From Candidatus Parcubacteria bacterium (lineage in GTDB: Bacteria; Patescibacteriota; Minisyncoccia; Phycocordibacterales; CAIZLB01), in the NCBI GenBank assembly GCA_039795775.1, contig JBDKLC010000005.1, positions 379,958 to 443,957 on the forward strand: DNA of 64,000 nucleotides, read 5' to 3'. Of this stretch, positions 1 to 9,481 are shown one piece after another (position 1 is the stretch's first letter; every line of letters starts with the position of its first letter). Position numbers and translations under genes: made by a program. Below the pieces are notes generated by a model. That model did not search any database. It had not been told where the DNA came from and was given only the letters and a program-made list of their open reading frames with translations.

Positions 1-114
1 CCACCCCGGGCACATGGTCGAGAAAGGTATATATGACCGAAACAAAATTGCGAAGAGACCAGAATTTTGTTATCATCAAAACACAAAAATTGAGTTTTCT
101 CAATTTATAAAAAT

Positions 115-187
115 GCATCCATAGCTCAGCTGGTAGAGCACTCGCCTCTTAAGCGATTGGTCGTAGGTTCGATTCCTACTGGGTGCA
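115..187 (+). tRNA. tRNA-Lys(CTT)
   Basis: Cloverleaf with acceptor GCATCCA/TGGGTGC, D-arm TAGCTCAGCTGGTAGAGC, anticodon loop CT-CTT-AA and T-loop GTTCGATTC; no encoded CCA. Confidence 0.95.
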
Positions 188-272
188 CAAGAGCAGAAAC
201 CACACATACACGCCTATCAGGATTGTTGTGTGGTTTCGCTTTTAGAGAGACACAGTGTCTCTCACAGAATAC

Positions 273-354
273 GGGCGAGTGGCGGAATTGGTATACGCGC
301 CAGTCTTAGGAACTGGTTCCGCAAGGATTAAGGGTTCGAGTCCCTTCTCGCCCA
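273..354 (+). tRNA. tRNA-Leu(TAG)
   Basis: Acceptor GGGCGAG/CTCGCCC, D-arm TGGCGGAATTGGTATACGC, anticodon TAG, long variable arm TCCGCAAGGA, T-loop GTTCGAGTC. Confidence 0.95.
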
Positions 355-364
355 CAAAAATTAT

Positions 365-390
365 AAAGTACGGATTCTTTCCGTACTTTT
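365..390 (+). terminator. Intrinsic terminator after tRNA-Leu
   Basis: AAAGTACGGA-TTCT-TTCCGTACTTTT hairpin followed by T tract. Confidence 0.6.
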
Positions 391-408
391 TAATTTTAAG
401 TGATTACA

Positions 409-532
409 GAGAAGGACGAGAAAGCCGGAACGTAGCCGCTCTATGAGCGCAGCGAATTGCGGCAAGTGGGGCGGGGTCGCAGAAAATTTGTGTAACAAAT
501 TTATCTGTGACCGAGTCCCTTCTCGCCCACCA
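409..532 (+). repeat. tRNA-linked structured mini-element ending in a duplicate of the tRNA-Leu 3' end
   Basis: CGAGTCCCTTCTCGCCCAC at 337-355 recurs at 512-530; GAGAAGG (409-415) pairs with CCTTCTC (518-524); internal hairpins. Confidence 0.7.
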
Positions 533-663
533 ACATTTGGAAACACAGACTTCAACGAGTCTGTGTTTTCTTTTATAGTTTATTTATAAAAACTTTCTAA
601 AATACCTTGCAACATAAGGCTGGTTTTCACTTACGTCAACCTAACGTATTTCAATGTTGATAC

Positions 664-692
664 TTGACAATATAGGTATTTGGTGATACAAT
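664..692 (+). promoter_or_regulatory. Sigma70-type promoter
   Basis: TTGACA-17 nt-TACAAT with TG extended -10 element. Confidence 0.7.
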
Positions 693-848
693 AGTAACTG
701 AAATAACCGTCCCGTTTAGCGGTTTACCACACTAACCCGGTAGGCCTCAAAACCTACCACCAACAACCAAAAAAACACTCGTTAGAGGGCTCTACCGCCT
801 CCTAACGGGAGGAGACGGTAGAGTTCTTTGACATACTTCAGTTCAAAT

Positions 849-1862
849 ATGAAATTCAACATGTTTCTTATCGCCCTTCTTGGGCTTGTCCTCTACATCA
901 TCGGCGGAGAGTTGGCCCTCAAGGTCCTCCTCTGGCTCCGATGGAAAGTGCTCAGCACTCCGATGGTTGTCACGTTCACCGTGCATGCCATCGTCGCGGG
1001 AGTCGCGTTTTGCTTCTGGCTTCTCGGCTGGATGCACGACACGATTTCAAGCGGCAATGTCGGGATCCCCTGGGTCTTCGGCGTTCCACTCAACATGCCC
1101 TTTTCTTCCGGTCCTTACTGGAAGATTCCTGGCCTTATGCAGGTCAATGAAATTTCGATGGTGCCTCAGACCACTGGTTTGAATGGCACTGACGAGAAAG
1201 GCATGGAGGTGTTGGCAAAAGGTAATGGAAACATTACCGGCTCGAACGCTTCAACCTTCGTAGAGTTTCTTTTGAAGGTGACAGTGATTTGGCGGATCTA
1301 TGATCCCTTTAAGTTTTTTACCTTCCTGGAACTCAACTGGGGAGATGAAACTGACTGGGATGCAGCGGTCAAAAAAGCTCAAAATGCTTTTGTGCCAAAG
1401 GTCAATGAGTTCATCCGAGCTCAAGCAGCCAAAACTAGCTACGAAGCCATCATCACTACACATCTTCATGATGAAGTAGAAGCCGTTCGCCTAATCCTCA
1501 ACTCAGATGACATCGAAGTCATCTCAGGAATCGGTATCGAAGTGCGTGAACTCGCCATCTCGAAAGTGGTGGCAAAAGATCCAAAGTTTGCAACGCTCCT
1601 CGCGGGCGGTGCAGAAGAAGCACAACAAAAGAAGAAAGAGACGACAGATCTCGATACCTTCAATGTCCTGCTAGCGCAAGCAATGAAGGGACTCGTCAAA
1701 GAGGGCTGGTCCAAAACGGATCCAGCTACTCGTGAAGAGGCCATGCGTATCGTACGTGAAGTTCAGGGCAAACAAGGCCCAGCTCAACGCTACGACATCT
1801 CAGGTATTGGAAATCTCGCTGCCTTGCTCGCGCAAGTCATGGGAGCTCGTCGTCGTAAGTAA
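849..1862 (+). CDS. SPFH/band 7 domain membrane protein
   Basis: Two N-terminal TM segments, then FG..(S)GPYWKIP and VTVIWRIYDP, and GIEVRELAI typical of SPFH; ATG 849 preferred over TTG 828. Confidence 0.7.
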   Translation: MKFNMFLIALLGLVLYIIGGELALKVLLWLRWKVLSTPMVVTFTVHAIVAGVAFCFWLLGWMHDTISSGNVGIPWVFGVPLNMPFSSGPYWKIPGLMQVNEISMVPQTTGLNGTDEKGMEVLAKGNGNITGSNASTFVEFLLKVTVIWRIYDPFKFFTFLELNWGDETDWDAAVKKAQNAFVPKVNEFIRAQAAKTSYEAIITTHLHDEVEAVRLILNSDDIEVISGIGIEVRELAISKVVAKDPKFATLLAGGAEEAQQKKKETTDLDTFNVLLAQAMKGLVKEGWSKTDPATREEAMRIVREVQGKQGPAQRYDISGIGNLAALLAQVMGARRRK

Positions 1863-1895
1863 CCATCAACACAGAACACACAAACAACTCAGACT

Positions 1896-2435
1896 ATGGC
1901 AGAAAAAAAGAAGGGTGATAAACCCAAGGAAAAAGATAAAAAACCAGCAAAAACTGGCTCTGGCTGGACGACATTCATCGTCCTGCTCATCGTCATCCTC
2001 CTCATCGTCCTCGGTGGCATGCTCATTTGGGGCAGCATCGAAGACAAAATGGGAGGCCGCAGCTCTGTGGCAACACATGAGAATGCAACGGCAACGAACT
2101 CGGGAGGCTCCGTTCAAAAGAACCTCCTTAGCTACGTTGATAACGGTCGCAAGACCCCAACGGACACCGCCACTGAAGCTCGCACCATAACCATTAAACC
2201 GGGAACTGGTGCTACCGAGCGGACTCGCGTGAGGATTCCACTGAACTATCGCATCGAATGGAGCGGCCCCAAAGGCAAGCCAATCTATGTGACAGGAGAA
2301 AACTTTGCTACCATCACGGATAGCAACACTCCTGGGGAGTATCACAAGACTCCTGAAGGTCGGTGGGTTGAATTCTCATCTGGAACTGGGCACGAAGAAG
2401 AAGTGGACATCTCCTTCACGCCTATCAACAAGTAA
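1896..2435 (+). CDS. Hypothetical single-pass membrane protein
   Basis: Lys-rich N-terminus, one TM helix, beta-rich C-terminal domain; follows the SPFH gene on the same strand. Confidence 0.7.
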   Translation: MAEKKKGDKPKEKDKKPAKTGSGWTTFIVLLIVILLIVLGGMLIWGSIEDKMGGRSSVATHENATATNSGGSVQKNLLSYVDNGRKTPTDTATEARTITIKPGTGATERTRVRIPLNYRIEWSGPKGKPIYVTGENFATITDSNTPGEYHKTPEGRWVEFSSGTGHEEEVDISFTPINK

Positions 2436-2534
2436 CACCAATATCCACAGAAATCCTCCTCAACCGGAGGTAAGCGAGACTGCAGGGTTCACCCCCTCTT
2501 TCTCGCTTTTCTTTTTGCTTTTTTTTGCAACGCA

Positions 2535-2562
2535 AAGGGCGGCGCCGTACGGCGCCGCCCTT
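2535..2562. terminator. GC-rich palindromic terminator
   Basis: AAGGGCGGCGCCGTACGGCGCCGCCCTT perfect palindrome between convergent genes. Confidence 0.7.
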
Positions 2563-2592
2563 CACTTTTGATTGCAAAACAGATTTCTACAA

Positions 2593-2859
2593 TTATGGAA
2601 TGATTTGTGATACACCAGAATTGCTAATTCCGAATGTTCCCATGATAAGCTTCATGATCGCAAAAACTGAAATCATGATAAACATACCAAACACTCCCCA
2701 TATCATTGATCGTCTTCCAGTCTCTCTGGCATCCGGACTGTCAGAGTCTTTTACATACTGAAACACTCCGTACATAAATACAACGAGTGCCACACTAAAC
2801 ATAACGTATATAACGGGATTTAGTATAACCTTGTTGAATGTGTGCAGTAGTTTAAGCAT
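2593..2859 (-). CDS. VirB2/TrbC-like (CPR) pilin
   Basis: Two TM helices joined by YGVFQYV..SDSPDARETGRRSMIWG hairpin motif. Confidence 0.75.
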   Translation of the reverse strand: MLKLLHTFNKVILNPVIYVMFSVALVVFMYGVFQYVKDSDSPDARETGRRSMIWGVFGMFIMISVFAIMKLIMGTFGISNSGVSQIIP

Positions 2860-2878
2860 GAGACGAAATTAACATCTG

Positions 2879-3247
2879 TTATGAAGAATAGAAACCACCG
2901 GCATTAGGTAAACCTGGTGCAGCTGGTGCTGTGTTGTCGAGGTTCACAGATCGAACCAAGATGTTTACAAGCCCCCACACTGAAACCATCACGAAGAGTG
3001 AGATAACTCCCCAGATCATATAGCCTCGAGCCTCTTTTCGTCCTTCAGCATCATTTGAGATAACAAACTTGAGAATACCCCAAAGGAAGATGAGAACAGT
3101 AAGAGCAATAACGAAAGGAATAAGTCGGTTGATAAGCTGACTAGCCATATCAAGAAGACTCATTACGCCTCCGATGCTCTGAGCGCTCGCAACTACAGGA
3201 AGGCCTGCAAGTGCAATAACTCCAAAACTACTAAGTACTTTTTTCAT
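2879..3247 (-). CDS. VirB2/TrbC-like (CPR) pilin
   Basis: Signal peptide (ASA) followed by FLWGILKFV..DAEGRKEARGYMIWG..SVWGLV. Confidence 0.8.
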   Translation of the reverse strand: MKKVLSSFGVIALAGLPVVASAQSIGGVMSLLDMASQLINRLIPFVIALTVLIFLWGILKFVISNDAEGRKEARGYMIWGVISLFVMVSVWGLVNILVRSVNLDNTAPAAPGLPNAGGFYSS

Positions 3248-3375
3248 TTCGTAATTTTATGCTTCTTATAAGCGACCTTTATATACATTTTTAGATGCAC
3301 GAAAAGTCACATACTATTATACCGCTCTTTAAACCCACTTCACAAATGTAACTGTGGATTGAATAATGCGAAAAG

Positions 3376-3777
3376 CTATTTTAGCTGAGGAATGATAAGA
3401 CCAGAACCAAAGAATGATGACTTGAGGATGTTTACAAGACCCCACACTGAAACCATCACGAAGAGTGCCACGATACCAAAGGTAATTGTAGATCGAGCTT
3501 CCTTTCGACTATCTGCATTGTCCCCTGCCATAACGAGTTTGAATACACCCCAGATGAATACAAGCACTGTCATAGAGATGATAAGCGGGATGAGTCTGTT
3601 GAGAATTTCACTAATTCGTACAATGAGATCACCAAAACTTGTCACACTACCGAGGCTTCCAGATGATGACGGAGTAGTCTTTGTGGCAGCTCTTACTTCA
3701 ATTGGAGCTACTATTCCAGCAGATCCTAGAAGGAGCGCAGTCTTTATTGATGTTTTAAATTGAGATACAGATTTCAT
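3376..3777 (-). CDS. VirB2/TrbC-like (CPR) pilin
   Basis: FIWGVFKLV..GDNADSRKEARSTITFG..SVWGLV; paralog of 2879-3247; ATG 3777 preferred. Confidence 0.8.
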   Translation of the reverse strand: MKSVSQFKTSIKTALLLGSAGIVAPIEVRAATKTTPSSSGSLGSVTSFGDLIVRISEILNRLIPLIISMTVLVFIWGVFKLVMAGDNADSRKEARSTITFGIVALFVMVSVWGLVNILKSSFFGSGLIIPQLK

Positions 3778-3787
3778 ATGTGTATGT

Positions 3788-4210
3788 TTATTTAGCAAGT
3801 TCCTTCACTGTATTTTGAATAACTGTAGAAATCACTTGAGCTCCAAGAAGTATAGCAGCACCGACGACAGTCCAAAGCAGTGTTTTATGTGCTTGTTCAA
3901 TCTGCTTCACATCGCCTCGAGCAAGTACGTACTGAAGACCAGCATAGATAATGAAGAACACTACAATGATAGCGCCAAGCATTATAAATACTTCGAGCAG
4001 TTTATTAAGAAAAGATTGTAAGTCTCCAGATCCAATTGGATTTTCAATTCTTGTTTTTCCTGAGTTAGATGAACCACCACTTGAAGGATTTGAGGATCCT
4101 CCACTTGAGGGGTTAGAACTTCCTCCTGCAGCATGTACGAGAGCCATCGGCGCAGCAACGAGTGCTAACATCACAAGAAACGCACTAGTAAATTGTAGGA
4201 ATCTTTTCAT
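3788..4210 (-). CDS. VirB2/TrbC-like (CPR) pilin
   Basis: Signal peptide, GGSSNPSS repeats, IENPI motif, IIYAGLQYVLARGD..QIEQAHKTLLW. Confidence 0.8.
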   Translation of the reverse strand: MKRFLQFTSAFLVMLALVAAPMALVHAAGGSSNPSSGGSSNPSSGGSSNSGKTRIENPIGSGDLQSFLNKLLEVFIMLGAIIVVFFIIYAGLQYVLARGDVKQIEQAHKTLLWTVVGAAILLGAQVISTVIQNTVKELAK

Positions 4211-4216
4211 AAAATA

Positions 4217-4636
4217 TTAATTAAGTAATGTATAACCTGCTTTTACTCCCAACTTCACAAATATGAAGTTTACGATAAGCCAACCTGTAAACATAAATAT
4301 AACACCGAGCACTACATTCCACATAATGCCTTTAGCCTTAGAAATAGTGCTCGCATTTCCTGCTCCACTAATAAACAACCATCCTGCGTAACAGATTGAA
4401 ATAACCATAAGGAGAGAACCTAAGAAAAACATAAATCCAATTCCTTCTTGGATGAGCGTGAGAAAATCTCCCCAATTGCATCCCTCGGCTGAACTTCCAC
4501 ACTTTTGGAGCACTTCGATACTTGTCTGAACCTTTGCAGCATCTACAGTTGACGTTGGAACAAAAAAACCAAGTACCGCTGAGAGCATAACCAAACTTAC
4601 GAGTATATGAGCTGAGAGTGATTGAAGAGATTTCAT
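4217..4636 (-). CDS. VirB2/TrbC-like (CPR) pilin
   Basis: C..C pair, then YAGWLFISGAGNASTISKAKGIMWNVVLG. Confidence 0.8.
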   Translation of the reverse strand: MKSLQSLSAHILVSLVMLSAVLGFFVPTSTVDAAKVQTSIEVLQKCGSSAEGCNWGDFLTLIQEGIGFMFFLGSLLMVISICYAGWLFISGAGNASTISKAKGIMWNVVLGVIFMFTGWLIVNFIFVKLGVKAGYTLLN

Positions 4637-4641
4637 CTGAA

Positions 4642-5937
4642 TTATTTTTCTTTGAGCAAATTGTCGAGCTGCTGTTTAGCAGTAGCTACAGCATCTGTTG
4701 TTTTACCTCGTCCTGTTGTAATAGATTCTATCATATCCTGAAAGACTTGATTTGAAGCTACTGGATCTGGGTCAAACCATGTTTTTGATTGAAGTGCCGC
4801 TTCGTTGAAAACAGACTTGTATGACTCACGAGGTTTTTCTACGAGCAAATCTCGTCGCACTGGTGGAAGGCCTGAAATATCTGACCATGCTTGGAGGTTT
4901 TTTGACTGAGTGAAAATACTTATGATTGTAAGTGCATCTGCCACTTTTGGTGAGTTTCGAACAATAGCGAGACCCATGAGACTACCGTAGGTAACCTTTG
5001 GAGATTCATTGGCCTGAGGAATAAGAGCAACGTCAAAATTTAAGTTTGGATTTTTTGACCGAAGCTGTTCGAGCTCACTCGCCTTTCCAAAATACATTGC
5101 AAGATCTCCTGCAAGGAATGCGTCTTGTGAACTACCGAGTGATCGGTTCCATGTGTACAAAGGTTTTACAGGATTTGAAAACTCTGTATAGAATGAAAGT
5201 ACAGCTTCGGCCGGAGCCACAATAGAGTTGGTGTTATTTTCATCAAGTGATGAATATATTATATTTTCTCCAATTGAAGAACGAGATGTGATGTTATTTC
5301 CTGACTGGAAGAAAAGCGTAGCAAGAATCTCCTTGGCGTTGTTCACGTTTCGATATTCGCCAAATGGCACAAGAGCCCGGAGAATACTTGAGGTTTCATT
5401 TCGCTTGATAATAGATGGACCAATGATAGAAAGATCTGTCCAAAGTCGTGGTGGCCGAGCAACTGCTGCTGTAGAGAAAATATCTTTATTCCAGTACATC
5501 ACCATAGGATCCACTGAGAATGGCACAGCAAGAATACCGTCAGGACTCATGAAATGATTTGCAGCTTCGATAAATGTATCGTTGTATTCTCGTTCTGGAA
5601 ATGTCTTGTATCCAATAGCGACAAGCTTGTTTCGCTGCTTGTAGAGCATATCATCTGTAAGGAGTACTACGTCTGGACCTTTTCCTTCAGCAAGAGCATT
5701 TACGAATTCTGAATCAAACGTTTCAGGTCGCTTCTGCACATAATTTATGTTGATGATAGTTGCACTACCGTTGATAGACCGAACATACTCACCCATTTGT
5801 TGAGCTGATACTGTTCCCCACACAGTTGCTTCTGGAGTTGAAGTCTTGTTGATACCACCAAATCCAGCAAAAACAACAACGCCGACAATTGCTAAGAAAA
5901 TAAATACCGCGATAACAATAATTTGGAAGCTACTCAT
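4642..5937 (-). CDS. Extracellular solute-binding protein (family 1-like), membrane anchored
   Basis: N-terminal TM; ALAEGKGPDV, PFSVDPMVMYWNKDIF and FLAGDLAMYFG motifs. Confidence 0.8.
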   Translation of the reverse strand: MSSFQIIVIAVFIFLAIVGVVVFAGFGGINKTSTPEATVWGTVSAQQMGEYVRSINGSATIININYVQKRPETFDSEFVNALAEGKGPDVVLLTDDMLYKQRNKLVAIGYKTFPEREYNDTFIEAANHFMSPDGILAVPFSVDPMVMYWNKDIFSTAAVARPPRLWTDLSIIGPSIIKRNETSSILRALVPFGEYRNVNNAKEILATLFFQSGNNITSRSSIGENIIYSSLDENNTNSIVAPAEAVLSFYTEFSNPVKPLYTWNRSLGSSQDAFLAGDLAMYFGKASELEQLRSKNPNLNFDVALIPQANESPKVTYGSLMGLAIVRNSPKVADALTIISIFTQSKNLQAWSDISGLPPVRRDLLVEKPRESYKSVFNEAALQSKTWFDPDPVASNQVFQDMIESITTGRGKTTDAVATAKQQLDNLLKEK

Positions 5938-5971
5938 ATTTCTTAATTATATAGTATATATGTGCGAGTCA

Positions 5972-6499
5972 CTACTTGTTTTTAAACAGAAGGCCATAAT
6001 GATGTGACCCGGCATCAAATCCTTTTTCAAGTTCAAAGCCTTGCTGCATAAAAATTTGCTGGGCACGCTCTCGTTGAAGGACATGATCTGGGTGTGGACC
6101 AATATGGTTGTATGAATCAATCCACTCTATAACAACAACTCTCCCCTTTGATTTCAAAATTCGTTTTGCTTCTTTTGCAATTTGTTCAGGGTGCTCATTT
6201 TGAAAAAGCATGTTCACTATAACTACTCGGTCAATAAGAGCATCTGGCAAACAAGATCCGTTTGGTTGTTCGAGGTCACTATGAATAAGCTCTATGTTGT
6301 GAACTTTTTTTCGCTTTGCATCATTTTTGAGAGCTGAGAGGTGATCAGCTTGTACATCTATAGCGAATACTTTTCCGTACTCACCTACTTTTTTTGCAAT
6401 AGCAAGTGTGTAATGGCCAATACCTGCACCGAAGTCTGCAACATGCATACCTTCACCGATGTACATGTGCGCAATATTTTTTAAGGGATCTGAAAACAT
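5972..6499 (-). CDS. Class I SAM-dependent methyltransferase
   Basis: VADFGAGIG motif I, VFAIDVQ, RILKSKGRVVVIEW. Confidence 0.85.
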   Translation of the reverse strand: MFSDPLKNIAHMYIGEGMHVADFGAGIGHYTLAIAKKVGEYGKVFAIDVQADHLSALKNDAKRKKVHNIELIHSDLEQPNGSCLPDALIDRVVIVNMLFQNEHPEQIAKEAKRILKSKGRVVVIEWIDSYNHIGPHPDHVLQRERAQQIFMQQGFELEKGFDAGSHHYGLLFKNK

Positions 6500-6576
6500 G
6501 TGTACAGTATATCAAAAAGATTCAAAAGAACAGAGTCTTTTGAATCTTTTTGTTTTTTGTATCGTCTTTTTTAAAT

Positions 6577-9048
6577 CTAGAGACAGATTACTGATGCGAG
6601 TGAATCACCATCTCGGAGTTTCATTACTCGTACTCCTTGTGTGTCTCGTCCAAGAGATGGAATTTCTTTGAGATCACATCGGATTACTTGAGATTTCTTT
6701 GAGATAGCTACAGCTTCCTCGAATTCTTCTGTAACGATTCGTGCTGAGATGAGGTCGCCAGTCTTGTCTGTTACCTTTACGGTCTTGATACCAGAACCAC
6801 CTCGGCCCTGAATCTTATATTCTGTAAGAGGAGTCTTCTTTCCATATCCGTTTGCAGATACAACAAACACATGGCCGTCGTTACCTGCTTTCTTGATTGA
6901 ATCGGCACCTACGACTTTTACTTTGGCATCAAGTCGCATTACTCGTACTCCTCCGGCTGCTCGTCCCATTTCTCGCACGTCTTCTTCAGCAAATCGGATA
7001 GACTGGCCGTCTGATGCAACAACCATAATAGAGTCACCCTTTTCTACAAATGATGCAGATACGAGTTCGTCACCAGCATCGAGTCGGATAGCAATAATGC
7101 CACTTCGTCGCACATCGTGGAAATTTTCTGCCGCTACTTTCTTACCTGTACCGAGTTTTGTCACCAAGAACATAGAGAGTTCTGCGCCCTTCTTGATTTC
7201 TTTTGGCATAGGGAGAATAGATGTCACCTTTTCGTCGGCAGCAAGAGACAAGAAGTTCATAATAGACTTACCTCGTGTGGCTCGTTTACCCTGTGGGATA
7301 TCGTACATTTTGATCTGATATGCCTTACCCTTGTCAGTAAAGAAGAGCAAGTCACTGTGTGTACTTGTTGTCACGAGATGCGTGATAAAGTCTTCTTCTT
7401 TTGTATCGAGATCTACAACGCCGACACCTCCTCGCTTTTGTTTTCGGTATTCGTCTGGATCTGTTCGTTTGATATAACCACCAGCTGTAAGCACGAGTAC
7501 ACTTTCTTCATCAGGAATAACGTCTTCGATTGAGAAGTTTTTTACACCGTGTTTGATAACACGAGTTCGTCGATCATCGCCATATTTTTCTCGCACTTCT
7601 GCAAGTTCAATCTTGATAATCTGAAGTACTCGTTTTGGGTTCTTAAGAATATCTTCACATTCTTTGATGAAAAGCTGTACTTCTTTGAGTTCGTCTTCGA
7701 TCTTCTGTCGTTCGAGACCAGCGAGCTTTTGAAGTCGCATTTCCAAAATAGCTGTCGCCTGTCGATCAGAGAACTTGAATTCCTTCATCAAGTTGGCATG
7801 TGCAGTCGGAGTATCTTTTGATTTCTTGATGAGTTTAATAATTTCATCAATATGGTCGAGCGCTTTTTTGAGACCTAAGAGAATGTGTTCTCGGTCTTTT
7901 GCTTTCGCAAGATCGAATTCAGTTCGTCGTCGAATAACAATTTTTCGGTGCTTGATGAATTCTTCGAGAGCCGTCTTGAGTGAGAATGTCTGTGGTACAC
8001 CGTCGATGAGACCCACCATGTTGTAGTGGAATGTCTGTTCGAGCTGTGTATGTTTGTATAAAAAGTTGAGAACGTTTTGAGGATAACTACCGTTCTTGAG
8101 TTCAATTACAACTCGAATATCTTTTGTAGATTCATCTCGGATATCTTTGATCCCTTCAATTTTCTTTTCTCGAACAAGATCAGCAACAGCTTCGATAAGT
8201 GTAGATTTATTTACTCGGAATGGAATAGACGTAATGATGATTCGTGATACGCCAGTCTTTTCTTCTACAATTTCGGCTTCGCCTCGTACTACAACGCCTC
8301 CTCGTCCATGAGTATATGCGTGGTTGATATCTGTCTGATTGTATACAAGGCCTCCTGTTGGGAAGTCTGGTCCTTTTACGAACTGGAGGAGGTCTTCTGT
8401 CGTAGCGTCTTCATTTTCTGTAAGGTGACTTACAGCATCTACCAACTCACGAAGATTGTGAGGTGGAATGTTTGTCGCCATACCTACAGCAATACCAAGA
8501 GTACCGTTGAGGAGAAGGTTTGGAACAGCCGTTGGAAGTACCATTGGTTCTTTCTTTGTACCATCATAGTTCGGTCGCATATCTACGGTGTTCTTTTCGA
8601 TATCTCGAAGAAGTTCACTTGCGATTCGTGACATCTTTGCTTCTGTATATCGAGGAGCAGCTGGGTTGTCACCGTCGAGACTTCCGAAGTTACCCTGACC
8701 TGCAATGAGTTGGTATCGAGTAGAGAAATCCTGCGCGAGACCTACCATTGTCATATAAATAGACATATCCCCGTGCGGGTGGTAGTTACCCATCACTTCT
8801 CCGACCACGAATGCAGATTTTCGATACTTGGCAGAAAATGTAAGATTGTTCTGATTCATCGCGTACAAAATTCGTCGTTGTACAGGTTTGAGTCCATCTC
8901 GAATATCAGGAAGAGCTCGATCAGTAATAACTGACATCGCATAGTCGATATATGCCTCTTTCATTTCAGTCGTGAGACTTCGAGAAACGATTTTATCGTT
9001 TGGCTGTATTGTTGGTTCTTCTTGAGGTGAATCTGTCTTTTTTGCCAT
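6577..9048 (-). CDS. gyrA: DNA gyrase subunit A
   Basis: [29 protein letters not shown] catalytic Tyr, GyrA-box QKRGGVG and C-terminal pinwheel repeats. Confidence 0.98.
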   Translation of the reverse strand: MAKKTDSPQEEPTIQPNDKIVSRSLTTEMKEAYIDYAMSVITDRALPDIRDGLKPVQRRILYAMNQNNLTFSAKYRKSAFVVGEVMGNYHPHGDMSIYMTMVGLAQDFSTRYQLIAGQGNFGSLDGDNPAAPRYTEAKMSRIASELLRDIEKNTVDMRPNYDGTKKEPMVLPTAVPNLLLNGTLGIAVGMATNIPPHNLRELVDAVSHLTENEDATTEDLLQFVKGPDFPTGGLVYNQTDINHAYTHGRGGVVVRGEAEIVEEKTGVSRIIITSIPFRVNKSTLIEAVADLVREKKIEGIKDIRDESTKDIRVVIELKNGSYPQNVLNFLYKHTQLEQTFHYNMVGLIDGVPQTFSLKTALEEFIKHRKIVIRRRTEFDLAKAKDREHILLGLKKALDHIDEIIKLIKKSKDTPTAHANLMKEFKFSDRQATAILEMRLQKLAGLERQKIEDELKEVQLFIKECEDILKNPKRVLQIIKIELAEVREKYGDDRRTRVIKHGVKNFSIEDVIPDEESVLVLTAGGYIKRTDPDEYRKQKRGGVGVVDLDTKEEDFITHLVTTSTHSDLLFFTDKGKAYQIKMYDIPQGKRATRGKSIMNFLSLAADEKVTSILPMPKEIKKGAELSMFLVTKLGTGKKVAAENFHDVRRSGIIAIRLDAGDELVSASFVEKGDSIMVVASDGQSIRFAEEDVREMGRAAGGVRVMRLDAKVKVVGADSIKKAGNDGHVFVVSANGYGKKTPLTEYKIQGRGGSGIKTVKVTDKTGDLISARIVTEEFEEAVAISKKSQVIRCDLKEIPSLGRDTQGVRVMKLRDGDSLASVICL

Positions 9049-9089
9049 AGGTGTTTTTTAAAAGCTTGATTAGTGTACCAAATTGATGA

Positions 9090-9455
9090 CTATTCGACTA
9101 CTTGACTGGATGACGCGTCGTAATTTGTACTTTCATTACTTGGAGTTGCCGATATACCGACATCAGTTGAAACTGGTTCTAGGCTCACATCCTTTTCACT
9201 TTTTCTCGTAAAGTTTATACCAGCAGTCTGAGTTTTAAATTCTGAGATGACGCTACCGAACTGATCTGTGATTACTTTAAATGGAGAAATAGTTTTGTTA
9301 GAGTTTTCTTTTGCTATTTCCCCAGATGTTGCTGAATACATAAAAGAGATAACCCAAACAATAAACACAACACCAGAAATGCTTCCACTCAAAACAAAAG
9401 CAAATGCTCTTTTGTACGAATCTGGTTTTTTTCTAAGGTTGTTAAGGTAACTCAT
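9090..9455 (-). CDS. Hypothetical single-TM protein
   Basis: ORF between gyrA and the MBL gene on the same strand; one TM helix. Confidence 0.7.
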   Translation of the reverse strand: MSYLNNLRKKPDSYKRAFAFVLSGSISGVVFIVWVISFMYSATSGEIAKENSNKTISPFKVITDQFGSVISEFKTQTAGINFTRKSEKDVSLEPVSTDVGISATPSNESTNYDASSSQVVE

Positions 9456-9481
9456 GAATGTGGATATAGCTTATGTACGAT

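Noticed and set aside
255-446. 63-aa ORF
   Set aside because: It overlaps tRNA-Leu and is a spurious translation of the RNA gene.
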